Shown here: positions 9,545 through 18,441 of the stretch, in pieces
Layout of the letters: the number at the start of each line of letters is the position of its first letter
How positions within the stretch are numbered: the first letter of the stretch is position 1
Assembly (NCBI GenBank): GCA_963752255.1
Contig: CAVVXT010000014.1
Location: forward strand, 64,001 to 128,000
Length of the DNA stretch: 64,000 nt
Reading direction: 5' to 3'
From: Nitrososphaeria archaeon
Lineage (GTDB): Archaea > Thermoproteota > Nitrososphaeria > JACIWG01
The notes under the pieces: model-generated
Seen by the model: only the letters and a program-made list of their open reading frames with translations
What the model was told of the DNA's origin: nothing
The model's database searches: none
Translations under genes and position numbers: made by a program

Positions 9545-10566
9545 TGATCTAAAGAGAAGTCCTTCTCTTTCTTTTCAGCTCCAGTCTCCTTTAATTTTTT
9601 TATCGTATTCAAGATACGTTCTTCAGAAAATTCGTGCACATCGCATAAAAAGCTTAGTAATCCTTCTTCGTCTAAGCTCTTAAAAGATATATCAAAGTCT
9701 TCTAGAACCTTCGGTTTCAAGAATATCTCTCGGATAGTATTATAATCGATTGTCTTCAAGTTTTTTTCTATATCCGGTATCTTCTCTAAGCTTCCATATT
9801 GCTTAATAGCCTTTAGAGCTTTCACAGGTCCATAGCCTCTGAATCCATCCGGATCAAAGTCGGTTCCGACAAGAATTCCTATATCAACCAACTGCTCCCG
9901 AGTTATGTTTAGACTGCTTAAAACCCCGTCCAACAATATCTCTTCCGGCTCTATTTCTTGATATATGTTTTTACCCGGCAACTTTCTTTTTCCTGAAATA
10001 GTTACGTTTCGGCATAATCTCTTTCCTCCAAAAAGAAGGGCATCATAATCTTGCGAGACTGCGGCGTAGGCCTTGCCTATAGTTGAAAAATATGAAGCAG
10101 TTGCTTCTCCTTCTGACGGTGCTTGAGCCCAAGGAATCCCTATAAGGTCTAGAAGTTTTTTTGCGTCATTGACCATTACGTCTGTCAGATAAGATGTCAT
10201 TTTTGCATATTTTTTAGCCGTCTCAATCTCGCCTCTTTCTAATGCTACTGTGTACTTGATCTTCGCTTCTTCTTTCACCACTCTTCTTCTACTGATTTCT
10301 AAGCTCTTCATCTGGGGTGGTGCACCATCAAAAATGTAGACAGGTTTTATTCCTAAAGTTAACAAGTTCATAGTACGGTAAAATAATCCGCTTAGATGAC
10401 TTGTCACATTTCCCTTAGAGTCTCTTAAAGGCTCCCCAGTTCTGCCTCTGATTATGGATAAAAATTGATATAACGCATTGTATGCGTCAATTGCTAATAT
10501 TTTTTCTCCTAATTCGTTTAGCGATATCTTCTTAGGGCTAATAATATCCTTTATATCAACTCCCAT
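9532..10566 (-). CDS. fen: Flap endonuclease 1
   Basis: DAYNALYQFL, APSEGEA, SQDYD and GTDF; C-terminal PIP-like SLDQWL. Confidence 0.96.
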   Translation of the reverse strand: MGVDIKDIISPKKISLNELGEKILAIDAYNALYQFLSIIRGRTGEPLRDSKGNVTSHLSGLFYRTMNLLTLGIKPVYIFDGAPPQMKSLEISRRRVVKEEAKIKYTVALERGEIETAKKYAKMTSYLTDVMVNDAKKLLDLIGIPWAQAPSEGEATASYFSTIGKAYAAVSQDYDALLFGGKRLCRNVTISGKRKLPGKNIYQEIEPEEILLDGVLSSLNITREQLVDIGILVGTDFDPDGFRGYGPVKALKAIKQYGSLEKIPDIEKNLKTIDYNTIREIFLKPKVLEDFDISFKSLDEEGLLSFLCDVHEFSEERILNTIKKLKETGAEKKEKDFSLDQWLQ

Positions 10567-10797
10567 TTACCTTTCTTCCTTTTCGCGCAAATTTACTTTC
10601 TCTATTCTCTTTTTATCTTTTCCTATCCATTTTGTTATAATTAATCCGTTTATTTCAAGGTCAAGTAATACATCATTTATTTCTCTTAACGAGAACTCCA
10701 AATTCTCTTTCTTCAGACTATCTACTAGATCCTTATCCGTTAAAGCCCCTTTAGCGTTTAATTTATTAATGATTATATGCTTAAGATTTGTCTTCAA
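10567..10797 (-). CDS. Small winged-helix hypothetical protein upstream of fen
   Basis: wHTH-like pattern INDVLLDLEINGLI; abuts fen. Confidence 0.6.
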   Translation of the reverse strand: MKTNLKHIIINKLNAKGALTDKDLVDSLKKENLEFSLREINDVLLDLEINGLIITKWIGKDKKRIEKVNLREKEER

Positions 10798-10983
10798 TCT
10801 GCTCCACTTATATCAAAGTAATTCTCTTTTTATCTTTTTGCAGCCAGAATTAATTTGAATTAATTTGTTTGATTAAATGCTTCCTAATTATCAAATTCTT
10901 ATTTTGTTTTCTAATATTGGGTTCCTAGGAATAGGGAACATTTATATTAAAACTGTCCTTTCCAGAAAAACAGGTAAGAGGAA

Positions 10984-11268
10984 ATGGAAACTGTTAAAGT
11001 CCAAGGGAAAAATTTAAAACATAAAGTTCTGATGTATACTCTAAGCTCATGCGCATGGTGCAAGAGAACGAAGAAGTTTCTGTCCGATAATGGTGTAGCG
11101 TACGAATATATCGACATTGATTTATGTGAAGAAGAAGATCGCGAAAAGATAAGGAAAGATATCCGTGATAGAGGTGGAGCTGTAGCATTTCCAACCATGA
11201 TCGTGGACGACAAAATTTTGATAACCGGCTTTGTTGCCGACAAAATAAAGGAGGCCTTAGAGATTTGA
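10984..11268 (+). CDS. Glutaredoxin/NrdH-like redoxin
   Basis: CAWC active site; FPTMIV and GF motif. Confidence 0.88.
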   Translation: METVKVQGKNLKHKVLMYTLSSCAWCKRTKKFLSDNGVAYEYIDIDLCEEEDREKIRKDIRDRGGAVAFPTMIVDDKILITGFVADKIKEALEI

Positions 11269-11813
11269 TAACTCTAGAAAAAGTGCAACGGAGGGCAGAA
11301 AGTGATGCTAAGACACGTGGCTATTTCTTAAATCCCAACAACAGTTTTTTAAAAGATCTTCTTGAAGGGCTCAGACAAAATGAAGAACGCTACGGTTATC
11401 CCTCTTGTCCATGCAGACTGGCTACAGGAAAGTTTGACTTGGATAGGGACATAATATGTCCCTGTGATTACAGAGACCCGGATGTGGAAGAATATGGATG
11501 CTGCTATTGTGCGCTTTTTGTAAGTAAAGATGTTTATGAGGGGAGGAAGGAGGCGTCTTCTATTCCAGAGCGAAGACCAATAGATAAGCAGATTTCTAAG
11601 CCCGGAGAAGATTTAAAAAACGCAAATCAAAGCCAACCATTTCCGCCTATTAATACCCTTACAGAGACGCAGAAGGGGAAAAAGAAGGTGTGGTATTGCA
11701 GACAGTGCGGATACATATGCTTTAGGGAAGAGCCTCCTTACATTTGCCCAGTATGTAAGGCAAAGAGGGAGATGTTTGCTGAATTGAATATAACTACAGG
11801 TGTATACGGTTAG
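11265..11813 (+). CDS. Ferredoxin-thioredoxin reductase catalytic-subunit homologue with C-terminal rubredoxin-like domain
   Basis: CPC, CPC and CYC motifs; C-terminal CRQCGY...CPVC. Confidence 0.88.
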   Translation: MITLEKVQRRAESDAKTRGYFLNPNNSFLKDLLEGLRQNEERYGYPSCPCRLATGKFDLDRDIICPCDYRDPDVEEYGCCYCALFVSKDVYEGRKEASSIPERRPIDKQISKPGEDLKNANQSQPFPPINTLTETQKGKKKVWYCRQCGYICFREEPPYICPVCKAKREMFAELNITTGVYG

Positions 11814-11908
11814 CTGATTACCTTAATCTTTAACTTATTGAAAAAATAACTGTCCTTCTTTCGACCAAAGATTAATATTCTTACTTTGATTGACTCTTAA
11901 TTGGGAAA

Positions 11909-12271
11909 ATGCTACAAAAGGAGTACAAACAGGCGATTGTCGTGAGAAGCGATTTAAAGATGCAAAAAGGAAAGATTGCGGCCCAAGTTGCTCACGCCTC
12001 TTTGACGAGTGCAGAAGAGACCAAGAAGGATAAACCTGAGCTATTCAGAAAATGGTGGGAGAGCGGACAGAAGAAGGTTGTTTTAAAAGTCGATAGTTTA
12101 GATAAGATATTTGGAATAACACAAATAGCTGAAAGGAATGATATCATTTATTCTATCATTGAGGACAAAGGATTGACGCAAATCCCTCCTGGAACTGTAA
12201 CCTGCGTTGGGATCGGGCCCGATGAAGAAAAGAAGGTAGAGAAGATAACAGGGAATTTAAAACTACTTTAA
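11909..12271 (+). CDS. pth2: Peptidyl-tRNA hydrolase Pth2
   Basis: KGKIAAQVAHA, GQKKVVLKV and DKGLTQ..GIGP. Confidence 0.95.
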   Translation: MLQKEYKQAIVVRSDLKMQKGKIAAQVAHASLTSAEETKKDKPELFRKWWESGQKKVVLKVDSLDKIFGITQIAERNDIIYSIIEDKGLTQIPPGTVTCVGIGPDEEKKVEKITGNLKLL

Positions 12272-12304
12272 TTCTTATTAAACAGTCTGTAAAAGCATTA
12301 CGTA

Positions 12305-13468
12305 ATGTCTATGGATTGTGACGTTATTGTTGCAGGTGGTAGTTTCTCAGGACTATATTCTGCTAAGGAGCTGTCAAAAAAGGGGTTTACTGTTAAGGTT
12401 TTTGAAGAACACAACGAAATAGGCCATCCGAACAGATGCAGTGGGGTAGTGTCAATGAATTCATTGAAGGAGTTGGGCATCTTACCAACAGAAAGGTATA
12501 TCCAAAATCGTTTCTCCAAGATCATGTTTCATTCATCGAGCAATGGTAAAATCCTACTAAGCTTCCGTTCCCCAGATATTTTGGTATTGAATCGTTATGA
12601 GATGGATAACTTCCTTGCTGAGGAAGCTGCTAAAAATGGCGCTGAGCTTTTCATTTCTTCTAAAATAACAAACGTTTACCAAGACATCTCATTAGTAAAG
12701 GTCAAGTTAGTAGATGAAAATATGTTTTCTTCTAAATACTTGGTTGACGCAAGGGGCATAGCCTCATATGAGAATAAGGAAGGAATCTATAATGGTATTC
12801 AGTCTTACGCCCTCTACAAGAATTTCGAGCCAGACTGCATGCATGTATTCTTTGACACAAGTATCGCCCCAGGCTTCTTTGCGTGGCTGATTCCAATTGA
12901 CAATTACGTGGCAAAAGTTGGTTTAGGAACAAGATTACAGCCAATAGAATCATTTGATCGCTTTCTGAGCAAAATAAACGTAAGAACTCTGTTTAGTCGC
13001 AATATTGCCCCAATAATTGTAGGTGGTCCAATTGAACATTTTGTTAGTGGTCGCATACTTTATGTTGGAGATTCTGCTGGTCAAACGAAACCGACTACTG
13101 GTGGCGGAATCTATTTTGGTGGAGTGGCGTCTTCATTAGCTTCTGAGGCTTTCGGAAATACGTTACAAAATCAGGATAGTTCCCTTGTCAAAGACTATGA
13201 AAAGAAATGGTTCTCTAAATTCAAGAGGGAAATCGAATATATGAAGCTTGCCCGAATATACTTTGAGAAAATGGAAAACCATGACATGGAAAAACTTTTT
13301 ACAACGGTTAAAAGGTCATATTCCGATCAAATTAACTTCGAAATGGACTACGATTTTCATGTGTCCTCTCTGATTAAGAGTCTTGGCGTTAAATCCTTCC
13401 TTTCTATTGCCATAAACATATTTGGTGCTTCAGTAAAGAATTCCTTGAAGAAAGTCGCTAATCTATAA
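12305..13468 (+). CDS. Geranylgeranyl reductase-family flavoprotein
   Basis: N-terminal dinucleotide-binding motif; FAWLIP and VGDSAGQTKPTTGGGI. Confidence 0.85.
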   Translation: MSMDCDVIVAGGSFSGLYSAKELSKKGFTVKVFEEHNEIGHPNRCSGVVSMNSLKELGILPTERYIQNRFSKIMFHSSSNGKILLSFRSPDILVLNRYEMDNFLAEEAAKNGAELFISSKITNVYQDISLVKVKLVDENMFSSKYLVDARGIASYENKEGIYNGIQSYALYKNFEPDCMHVFFDTSIAPGFFAWLIPIDNYVAKVGLGTRLQPIESFDRFLSKINVRTLFSRNIAPIIVGGPIEHFVSGRILYVGDSAGQTKPTTGGGIYFGGVASSLASEAFGNTLQNQDSSLVKDYEKKWFSKFKREIEYMKLARIYFEKMENHDMEKLFTTVKRSYSDQINFEMDYDFHVSSLIKSLGVKSFLSIAINIFGASVKNSLKKVANL

Positions 13469-13515
13469 CGTTTTAAAAGGTAAACTTTATTTATTATAAG
13501 AAGCGACTGCGTGGT

Positions 13516-13692
13516 GTGTCCTCCGTAAAATACCCTAAGTGTACTTCCTGTAATAGGCCTATAGCCTTTGGAGAAAATGTTGTAAAGTTTAATTGTCCAA
13601 ACTGCGGTATAGTTCAAATATGGCGCTGTGAAAAATGTAGGGCATTTGCACGATCTTATAAATGCGTAAACTGCGGCTTTGAAGGTCCATAG
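13516..13692 (+). CDS. Zn-ribbon protein (DUF1610/HVO_2753-like), 58 aa, absent from the ORF track
   Basis: Translation (GTG)SSVKYPKCTSC...FNCPNCG...IWRCEKCR...YKCVNCGFEGP; typical position upstream of EF-1beta. Confidence 0.9.
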   Translation: MSSVKYPKCTSCNRPIAFGENVVKFNCPNCGIVQIWRCEKCRAFARSYKCVNCGFEGP

Positions 13693-13703
13693 GTGTTTTT
13701 TTA

Positions 13704-13967
13704 ATGGGTAAAATGGTTATCAGGTATAAGATTTTTCCAGATGACATTAGCATAGACCTACAGGGTCTTTACAACGAAATCAAACAAAAACTAGAAGGGA
13801 AAGCTGAAATTGGACAGTTCAAGAGCGAACCTATTGCTTTTGGATTAAATGCTATGATCTTAGACGTTCGAATGGATGACAAAGCAAACGTAGACGTCAT
13901 TGAATCGGTAATAAAAGGAATAAAAAATGTAGGAGAATTAGAAGCTATCGCTTCAACAAAAGTCTAA
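13704..13967 (+). CDS. ef1b: Elongation factor 1-beta
   Basis: KIFP and EPIAFGL motifs. Confidence 0.92.
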   Translation: MGKMVIRYKIFPDDISIDLQGLYNEIKQKLEGKAEIGQFKSEPIAFGLNAMILDVRMDDKANVDVIESVIKGIKNVGELEAIASTKV

Positions 13968-14368
13968 TTTTTGCTTTCTTTTAATATAACTTCGTACCAG
14001 ATGCTCTTTCCATTCTTATAAACATAATACGCATTCAGAGCCTCCATATTTGGATACTTCTCTTTAGCCCTGTTGATCGCTGTTTTCCTATAATTTACCT
14101 TAGTTTTTATTTTGAGAACACCAAGATGCTTTGGTCTTCTACCCGATGTGGGCCTCTTTATTCTCTTTCCACTTCTGCTCAACTTTGTTCTAACAATTAT
14201 ATAACCCTGCTTTGCTTTGTACCCTAAAGACCTGGCCCTATCCAATCGAGTTGGTCTTTCTATTCTAACTATTGAATGTTCTCTCCTCCACTTTTCGGCT
14301 CTAACTTTAATTACTGATCTGTTATCCTTGTACACCTTTCTCCAGGTCTGTCTTATTTGTTTGTACAT
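13964..14368 (-). CDS. rpl15e: 50S ribosomal protein L15e
   Basis: RPTRLDRARSLGYKAKQG and WYEVIL. Confidence 0.95.
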   Translation of the reverse strand: MYKQIRQTWRKVYKDNRSVIKVRAEKWRREHSIVRIERPTRLDRARSLGYKAKQGYIIVRTKLSRSGKRIKRPTSGRRPKHLGVLKIKTKVNYRKTAINRAKEKYPNMEALNAYYVYKNGKSIWYEVILKESKN

Positions 14369-14437
14369 AGCCAACTCACCGCTGTTAAACAAACATATTA
14401 AATTTTACCTTTTTAAGAGCAGAAGGTGGTAAGTTAG

Positions 14438-15409
14438 ATGCTTGAAATAGATAAGTTTGCACTAACAAAATTGATAGAAGAGAAGAAGCCTAAACGGATT
14501 CTGGTGAGTTGTCCATCCGGCGTCATAGTTAGATGTATAGACTTTGTCTCCTCATTGGCTTCGAAGTACAATTTTGAGGTCATATTCTCAGGGGAACCGT
14601 GTTATGGCATATGTGATTTAACTGAGAACGACATTTCGATTCTGGGCGTGGATCTGTCAATTCATATAGGTCATACGTCATCATCGAGTAAAATTGGTCG
14701 CTCTACATACCTGATTGAAGCCCAAGATGATATAGACGTAGTTCCTGTCATAGAAAAAGCTATAACTTCAGGCCTTTTGAACTATCAGAATGTGGGTCTT
14801 TGCACTATTGGCCCACATCTTTCTAAGCTAAATGACGCTAAACTCTATTTAGAATCCAAGAATTTCAACGTTTCTATTGGAGAAGAAAGCCCGCCTTTAA
14901 AGAGTGGACAAATTTATGGATGCGTCTTCACTACATGTTCAAAAATTCTATCTAAGGTAGATGCTTTCGTCTTTATAGGTTCAAGTCGATTTCATGCGAT
15001 CGGTCTTTACAATTGTTTGCAAAAACCGGTTATAATGCTTGATCCTTATATGATGGAAGTTGTCCCGATAGAAAAGGAAGCTTTGGTTGTAAAAAAGCGT
15101 TTGATCTTTAATTTCTACAAAGCAGTTGAAGCAAAAAATATCGGGATAATAATCGGTTTAAAAGAAGGCCAATTGAAAAAGAGAGAAGCCTTACTTCTGA
15201 ACAGAGAATTAAGCAAGATCGGAAAGAACGTCTTCATGATAGTCATGAGGGAGATTACGAATGATAAGCTAAATGAATTTCAGAATGTTGAAGCTTTCAT
15301 AGAGACTGCTTGTCCACGAATTGGAGATGATCACTTCGATAAACCGGTGATTTCATTAGAATACGGTCATAAACTCATAGAATACTTTAGAACAAGTTCT
15401 AAGATATAA
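14438..15409 (+). CDS. dph2: Diphthamide biosynthesis protein Dph2
   Basis: PCYGICD, GQIYGC, FH and TACPRI. Confidence 0.92.
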   Translation: MLEIDKFALTKLIEEKKPKRILVSCPSGVIVRCIDFVSSLASKYNFEVIFSGEPCYGICDLTENDISILGVDLSIHIGHTSSSSKIGRSTYLIEAQDDIDVVPVIEKAITSGLLNYQNVGLCTIGPHLSKLNDAKLYLESKNFNVSIGEESPPLKSGQIYGCVFTTCSKILSKVDAFVFIGSSRFHAIGLYNCLQKPVIMLDPYMMEVVPIEKEALVVKKRLIFNFYKAVEAKNIGIIIGLKEGQLKKREALLLNRELSKIGKNVFMIVMREITNDKLNEFQNVEAFIETACPRIGDDHFDKPVISLEYGHKLIEYFRTSSKI

Positions 15410-15451
15410 ACGATAGAATTATATGCACTCAGTTAGGAGCCTAAGTAGGAT

Positions 15452-16036
15452 ATGAATATACTTAAGAAGAAAACCTTCTACATTCCAGGAGACATGGTTG
15501 GCGTGATAGAAGAGTTCACCCCATCTTCTAACGTCTACCAAGAGAACTATAACATAAGGTCAAAGGTATTGGGAGAAATAAAGGTTGACCAAAAGACGAG
15601 AGCTGTTTCAGTTATTCCAAAGGCTCCACTTAAGGGCATCCCCAAAGTTGGAGATGAGGTTGTGGGAGTCGTAGAACAGTCACAGAGTGGGCTTGTCATG
15701 ATAAGAATAAAGGAAATCAATGGAAAGTCGGTGCAATCTAATTTTATGGGATTAATCATACTCCGTGAGCAACAGTCCGATAGGGAAAGAAGAATAGTGA
15801 TAAAGTCTAGTGATATTGTTCGCGCAAAGGTCGTCAGCTTGTTGAATAACGTAATACATCTTTCTATTGATGGAGAACCTTATGGAGTCCTTCAAACAGT
15901 ATGTAGTTTTTGTGGTGGCCAAGTTCAACAGATCGGGCGTAGAATCTTATGCACCCAATGCAAGATAGTAGATGAAAGAAAGTTGGCAGTAGATTTCGGA
16001 AGGTTTAAAAATGTAGAAACAAAGGGGCAGAATTAG
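15452..16036 (+). CDS. csl4: Exosome subunit Csl4
   Basis: PGD..EEF, S1 domain, C-terminal Zn ribbon and ERKLA. Confidence 0.92.
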   Translation: MNILKKKTFYIPGDMVGVIEEFTPSSNVYQENYNIRSKVLGEIKVDQKTRAVSVIPKAPLKGIPKVGDEVVGVVEQSQSGLVMIRIKEINGKSVQSNFMGLIILREQQSDRERRIVIKSSDIVRAKVVSLLNNVIHLSIDGEPYGVLQTVCSFCGGQVQQIGRRILCTQCKIVDERKLAVDFGRFKNVETKGQN

Positions 16037-16038
16037 AA

Positions 16039-16323
16039 ATGCCATCTAGTCATACTGAATCTGCAAAGGAATTGGATCTCGGAACGATAGATGTAACTAT
16101 TGCAGACGCTCTGGTTTCTATGCTATTAAAAAATCCTGAAGTTGTTTTTGCAGGTGTTGTACCTCCGCACCCCCTCTTTGGCAAAGTTTCCATAAAAATT
16201 TTAACCAAGAAGAAATCCCCTGAAGTGTGTCTAATGAATGCTGCAAAAGAAGTTAAAGCTGCAATAAGTGCAGTTTTTGATGAAGTTTCATCCTCATTAC
16301 AAAAATCTTCTGGAGTAAGTTAG
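16039..16323 (+). CDS. rpoL: RNA polymerase subunit Rpo11 (L)
   Basis: VVFAG...PHPL; csl4-rpoL-tfs order. Confidence 0.85.
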   Translation: MPSSHTESAKELDLGTIDVTIADALVSMLLKNPEVVFAGVVPPHPLFGKVSIKILTKKKSPEVCLMNAAKEVKAAISAVFDEVSSSLQKSSGVS

Positions 16324-16324
16324 T

Positions 16325-16663
16325 ATGAAATTCTGTGATACATGTGGCTCGCGCTTGAAGATTAAACAGTTTAAAGAGGAAGGGAAGACTGTGCTTCGAT
16401 ATTATTGCCCTAAATGCAACAAGGTTTACGATCCTACCAATTTTGGCTCCTCTGAAGTTAAAAAAGGGGAGTCCCATCCAATAAAGATATTGAGTGACGC
16501 AGAATCCAAGCTTGAAACCATGCCGACCATTGAAATCGAATGCCCTAAATGTGGGAACAATAAGTCTTACTGGTGGCTTTTACAGACAAGAAGCGGAGAC
16601 GAGCCTCCCACTCAGTTCTATAGGTGTACAAAGTGCAGTCATACTTGGAGAATGTACGCCTAA
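16325..16663 (+). CDS. tfs: Transcription factor S
   Basis: Two Zn ribbons; QTRSGDEP..FYRC..C.HTWR. Confidence 0.93.
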   Translation: MKFCDTCGSRLKIKQFKEEGKTVLRYYCPKCNKVYDPTNFGSSEVKKGESHPIKILSDAESKLETMPTIEIECPKCGNNKSYWWLLQTRSGDEPPTQFYRCTKCSHTWRMYA

Positions 16664-17706
16664 GCAACACTAGTGCTCTCAATAAGTTGAATAGCATCTT
16701 CTTCTGATAGCTTGACTTTATTCAAGATTGTAAATCGATCTCGCAGTTTAGGTGCCAATAACAGGGCTTCAACTGCCTGTTCTTTGGTGATTCCTAAACT
16801 TGGAAGATATGTTGGCGTGCCTATGTTTTCCAAGGCAGACTTTATTTCCTCCCAGTCCAAATTATGTAACTTTGCCATGAGAATTGTTCCAATCCCACAC
16901 TTCTCTCCATGCAAGCCCTTTCCTGGGGCGAGGATGTCTAGCGCGTGACTGAAAAGGTGTTCGGAACCACTACAAGGTCTACTACTGCCCGCTATACCTG
17001 CCGCAACACCAGCACTAATAAGCGCTTCAACAACGTCCCTAGTGCTCGTAACCAAATTAGAACCTATCTTCTTAGAATTCTTTAGAATAACTTCAGCGCT
17101 TAGAAGGGCTAAATTGGCGGCATATTCCCCATAATATTCGTCCGTCTCTTCTTTACTCAATTGCCAGTCCTTGACCGCAGTGACCTTTGCTATCAGATCA
17201 CCACATCCACTTCGAATGTATTTTTGAGGAGCTGAAGAGATTATTTGAATGTCAGCAAGTAATCCCAGAGGTGAGGAAGAAACGATAGAGTAAGGCTTTC
17301 CGCTATCCTTTATCGAAGCAAACGGACTTGCTATACCATCGTGTGCGGCATTTGTCGGCAGACTAATGAAAGGCTTCCTACTTTTATATGAACTCAATTT
17401 CGCGACATCTATACAGGTTCCCCCTCCCATACCAATAACACCGTCTACATTTTCTTTAACTATCTCTTCGATGGTTTCTTTTACATTTGAAAAATCAGCC
17501 GTCTTAATAATATTCCAATAATATTTTATGTCACAAGTTTTTAGGGAGTTCTCAACCCTTCCCCCGTACTGGTTTCTTATGAATTCATCGCTTACAATGA
17601 GAACCTTCCTTGTGCCACAGAGCTTGGCTATGAATTCTCCAATATTGACTATTATCCTATCTCCAACAAGAATTGCTCTGGGGAACTCCATAAAATGTGA
17701 GTTCAT
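16660..17706 (-). CDS. egsA: sn-glycerol-1-phosphate dehydrogenase
   Basis: GGGTCIDVAK, HDGIASP, SRPCSGSEHLFSH and LHGE. Confidence 0.95.
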   Translation of the reverse strand: MNSHFMEFPRAILVGDRIIVNIGEFIAKLCGTRKVLIVSDEFIRNQYGGRVENSLKTCDIKYYWNIIKTADFSNVKETIEEIVKENVDGVIGMGGGTCIDVAKLSSYKSRKPFISLPTNAAHDGIASPFASIKDSGKPYSIVSSSPLGLLADIQIISSAPQKYIRSGCGDLIAKVTAVKDWQLSKEETDEYYGEYAANLALLSAEVILKNSKKIGSNLVTSTRDVVEALISAGVAAGIAGSSRPCSGSEHLFSHALDILAPGKGLHGEKCGIGTILMAKLHNLDWEEIKSALENIGTPTYLPSLGITKEQAVEALLLAPKLRDRFTILNKVKLSEEDAIQLIESTSVA

Positions 17707-17793
17707 TAATTATAGGTTTTGGAAACATTTATTTAAACCCTAATTAAATACCTGCGATAAAGCAGAAGCCTCTTAAAGGAGCGATGAATAAAT

Positions 17794-18441
17794 TTGATTA
17801 CAAATTCTAATGGCAAAGTCCCTAAGATATATCATGGGACAACAACCGTCGGCTTAGTGTGTGTCGATGGTGTAGTATTCGCTACTGATACTAGGGTTAC
17901 GGCAGATGGTTATGTAGCCCACAAGAAAGGGAAGAAACTGTACAAGATCGCAGACAACCTTGCCATGACTATCGCTGGAACGGTTGCTGACGCGCAAAAC
18001 GTGATAAACATAATACGTTTCTATGTAAAAAAATATGAGCTTGAACATCAAATGCAGATTCCAATAAAGGCAGCAGCCACTTTGACTTCAAACATTTTTT
18101 CTGCGAATCGTATGTTTCCGCTGATAACTCAAGTAATTATGGGCGGCGTCGACGGTGGTCTACCTTCATTATTTCAGATAGACTTCTTTGGATCTCTAAC
18201 AGAAGAGAAGGTTTTCTCAACTGGGAGTGGTTCGCCTATAGCATATTCTATCCTAGAATCGTCATATTCTCCCAGTCTAAGTACAAAAGAAGGGGCGAAG
18301 ATAGCAGCTAAATCGGTTCTCGCTGCCATGAAAAGGGATACTGCTACAGGGGAAAGTCTTGATGTGGGCATAATTGATTCAAATGGTTATCGTGAACTTG
18401 ATTCAGAGGCAAAAAATGAACTGATAAAAGATCTATGGTAG
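17794..18441 (+). CDS. psmB: Proteasome beta subunit (catalytic, HG/TTT)
   Basis: HGTTTVG processing site; GSGS and RD motifs. Confidence 0.93.
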   Translation: MITNSNGKVPKIYHGTTTVGLVCVDGVVFATDTRVTADGYVAHKKGKKLYKIADNLAMTIAGTVADAQNVINIIRFYVKKYELEHQMQIPIKAAATLTSNIFSANRMFPLITQVIMGGVDGGLPSLFQIDFFGSLTEEKVFSTGSGSPIAYSILESSYSPSLSTKEGAKIAAKSVLAAMKRDTATGESLDVGIIDSNGYRELDSEAKNELIKDLW

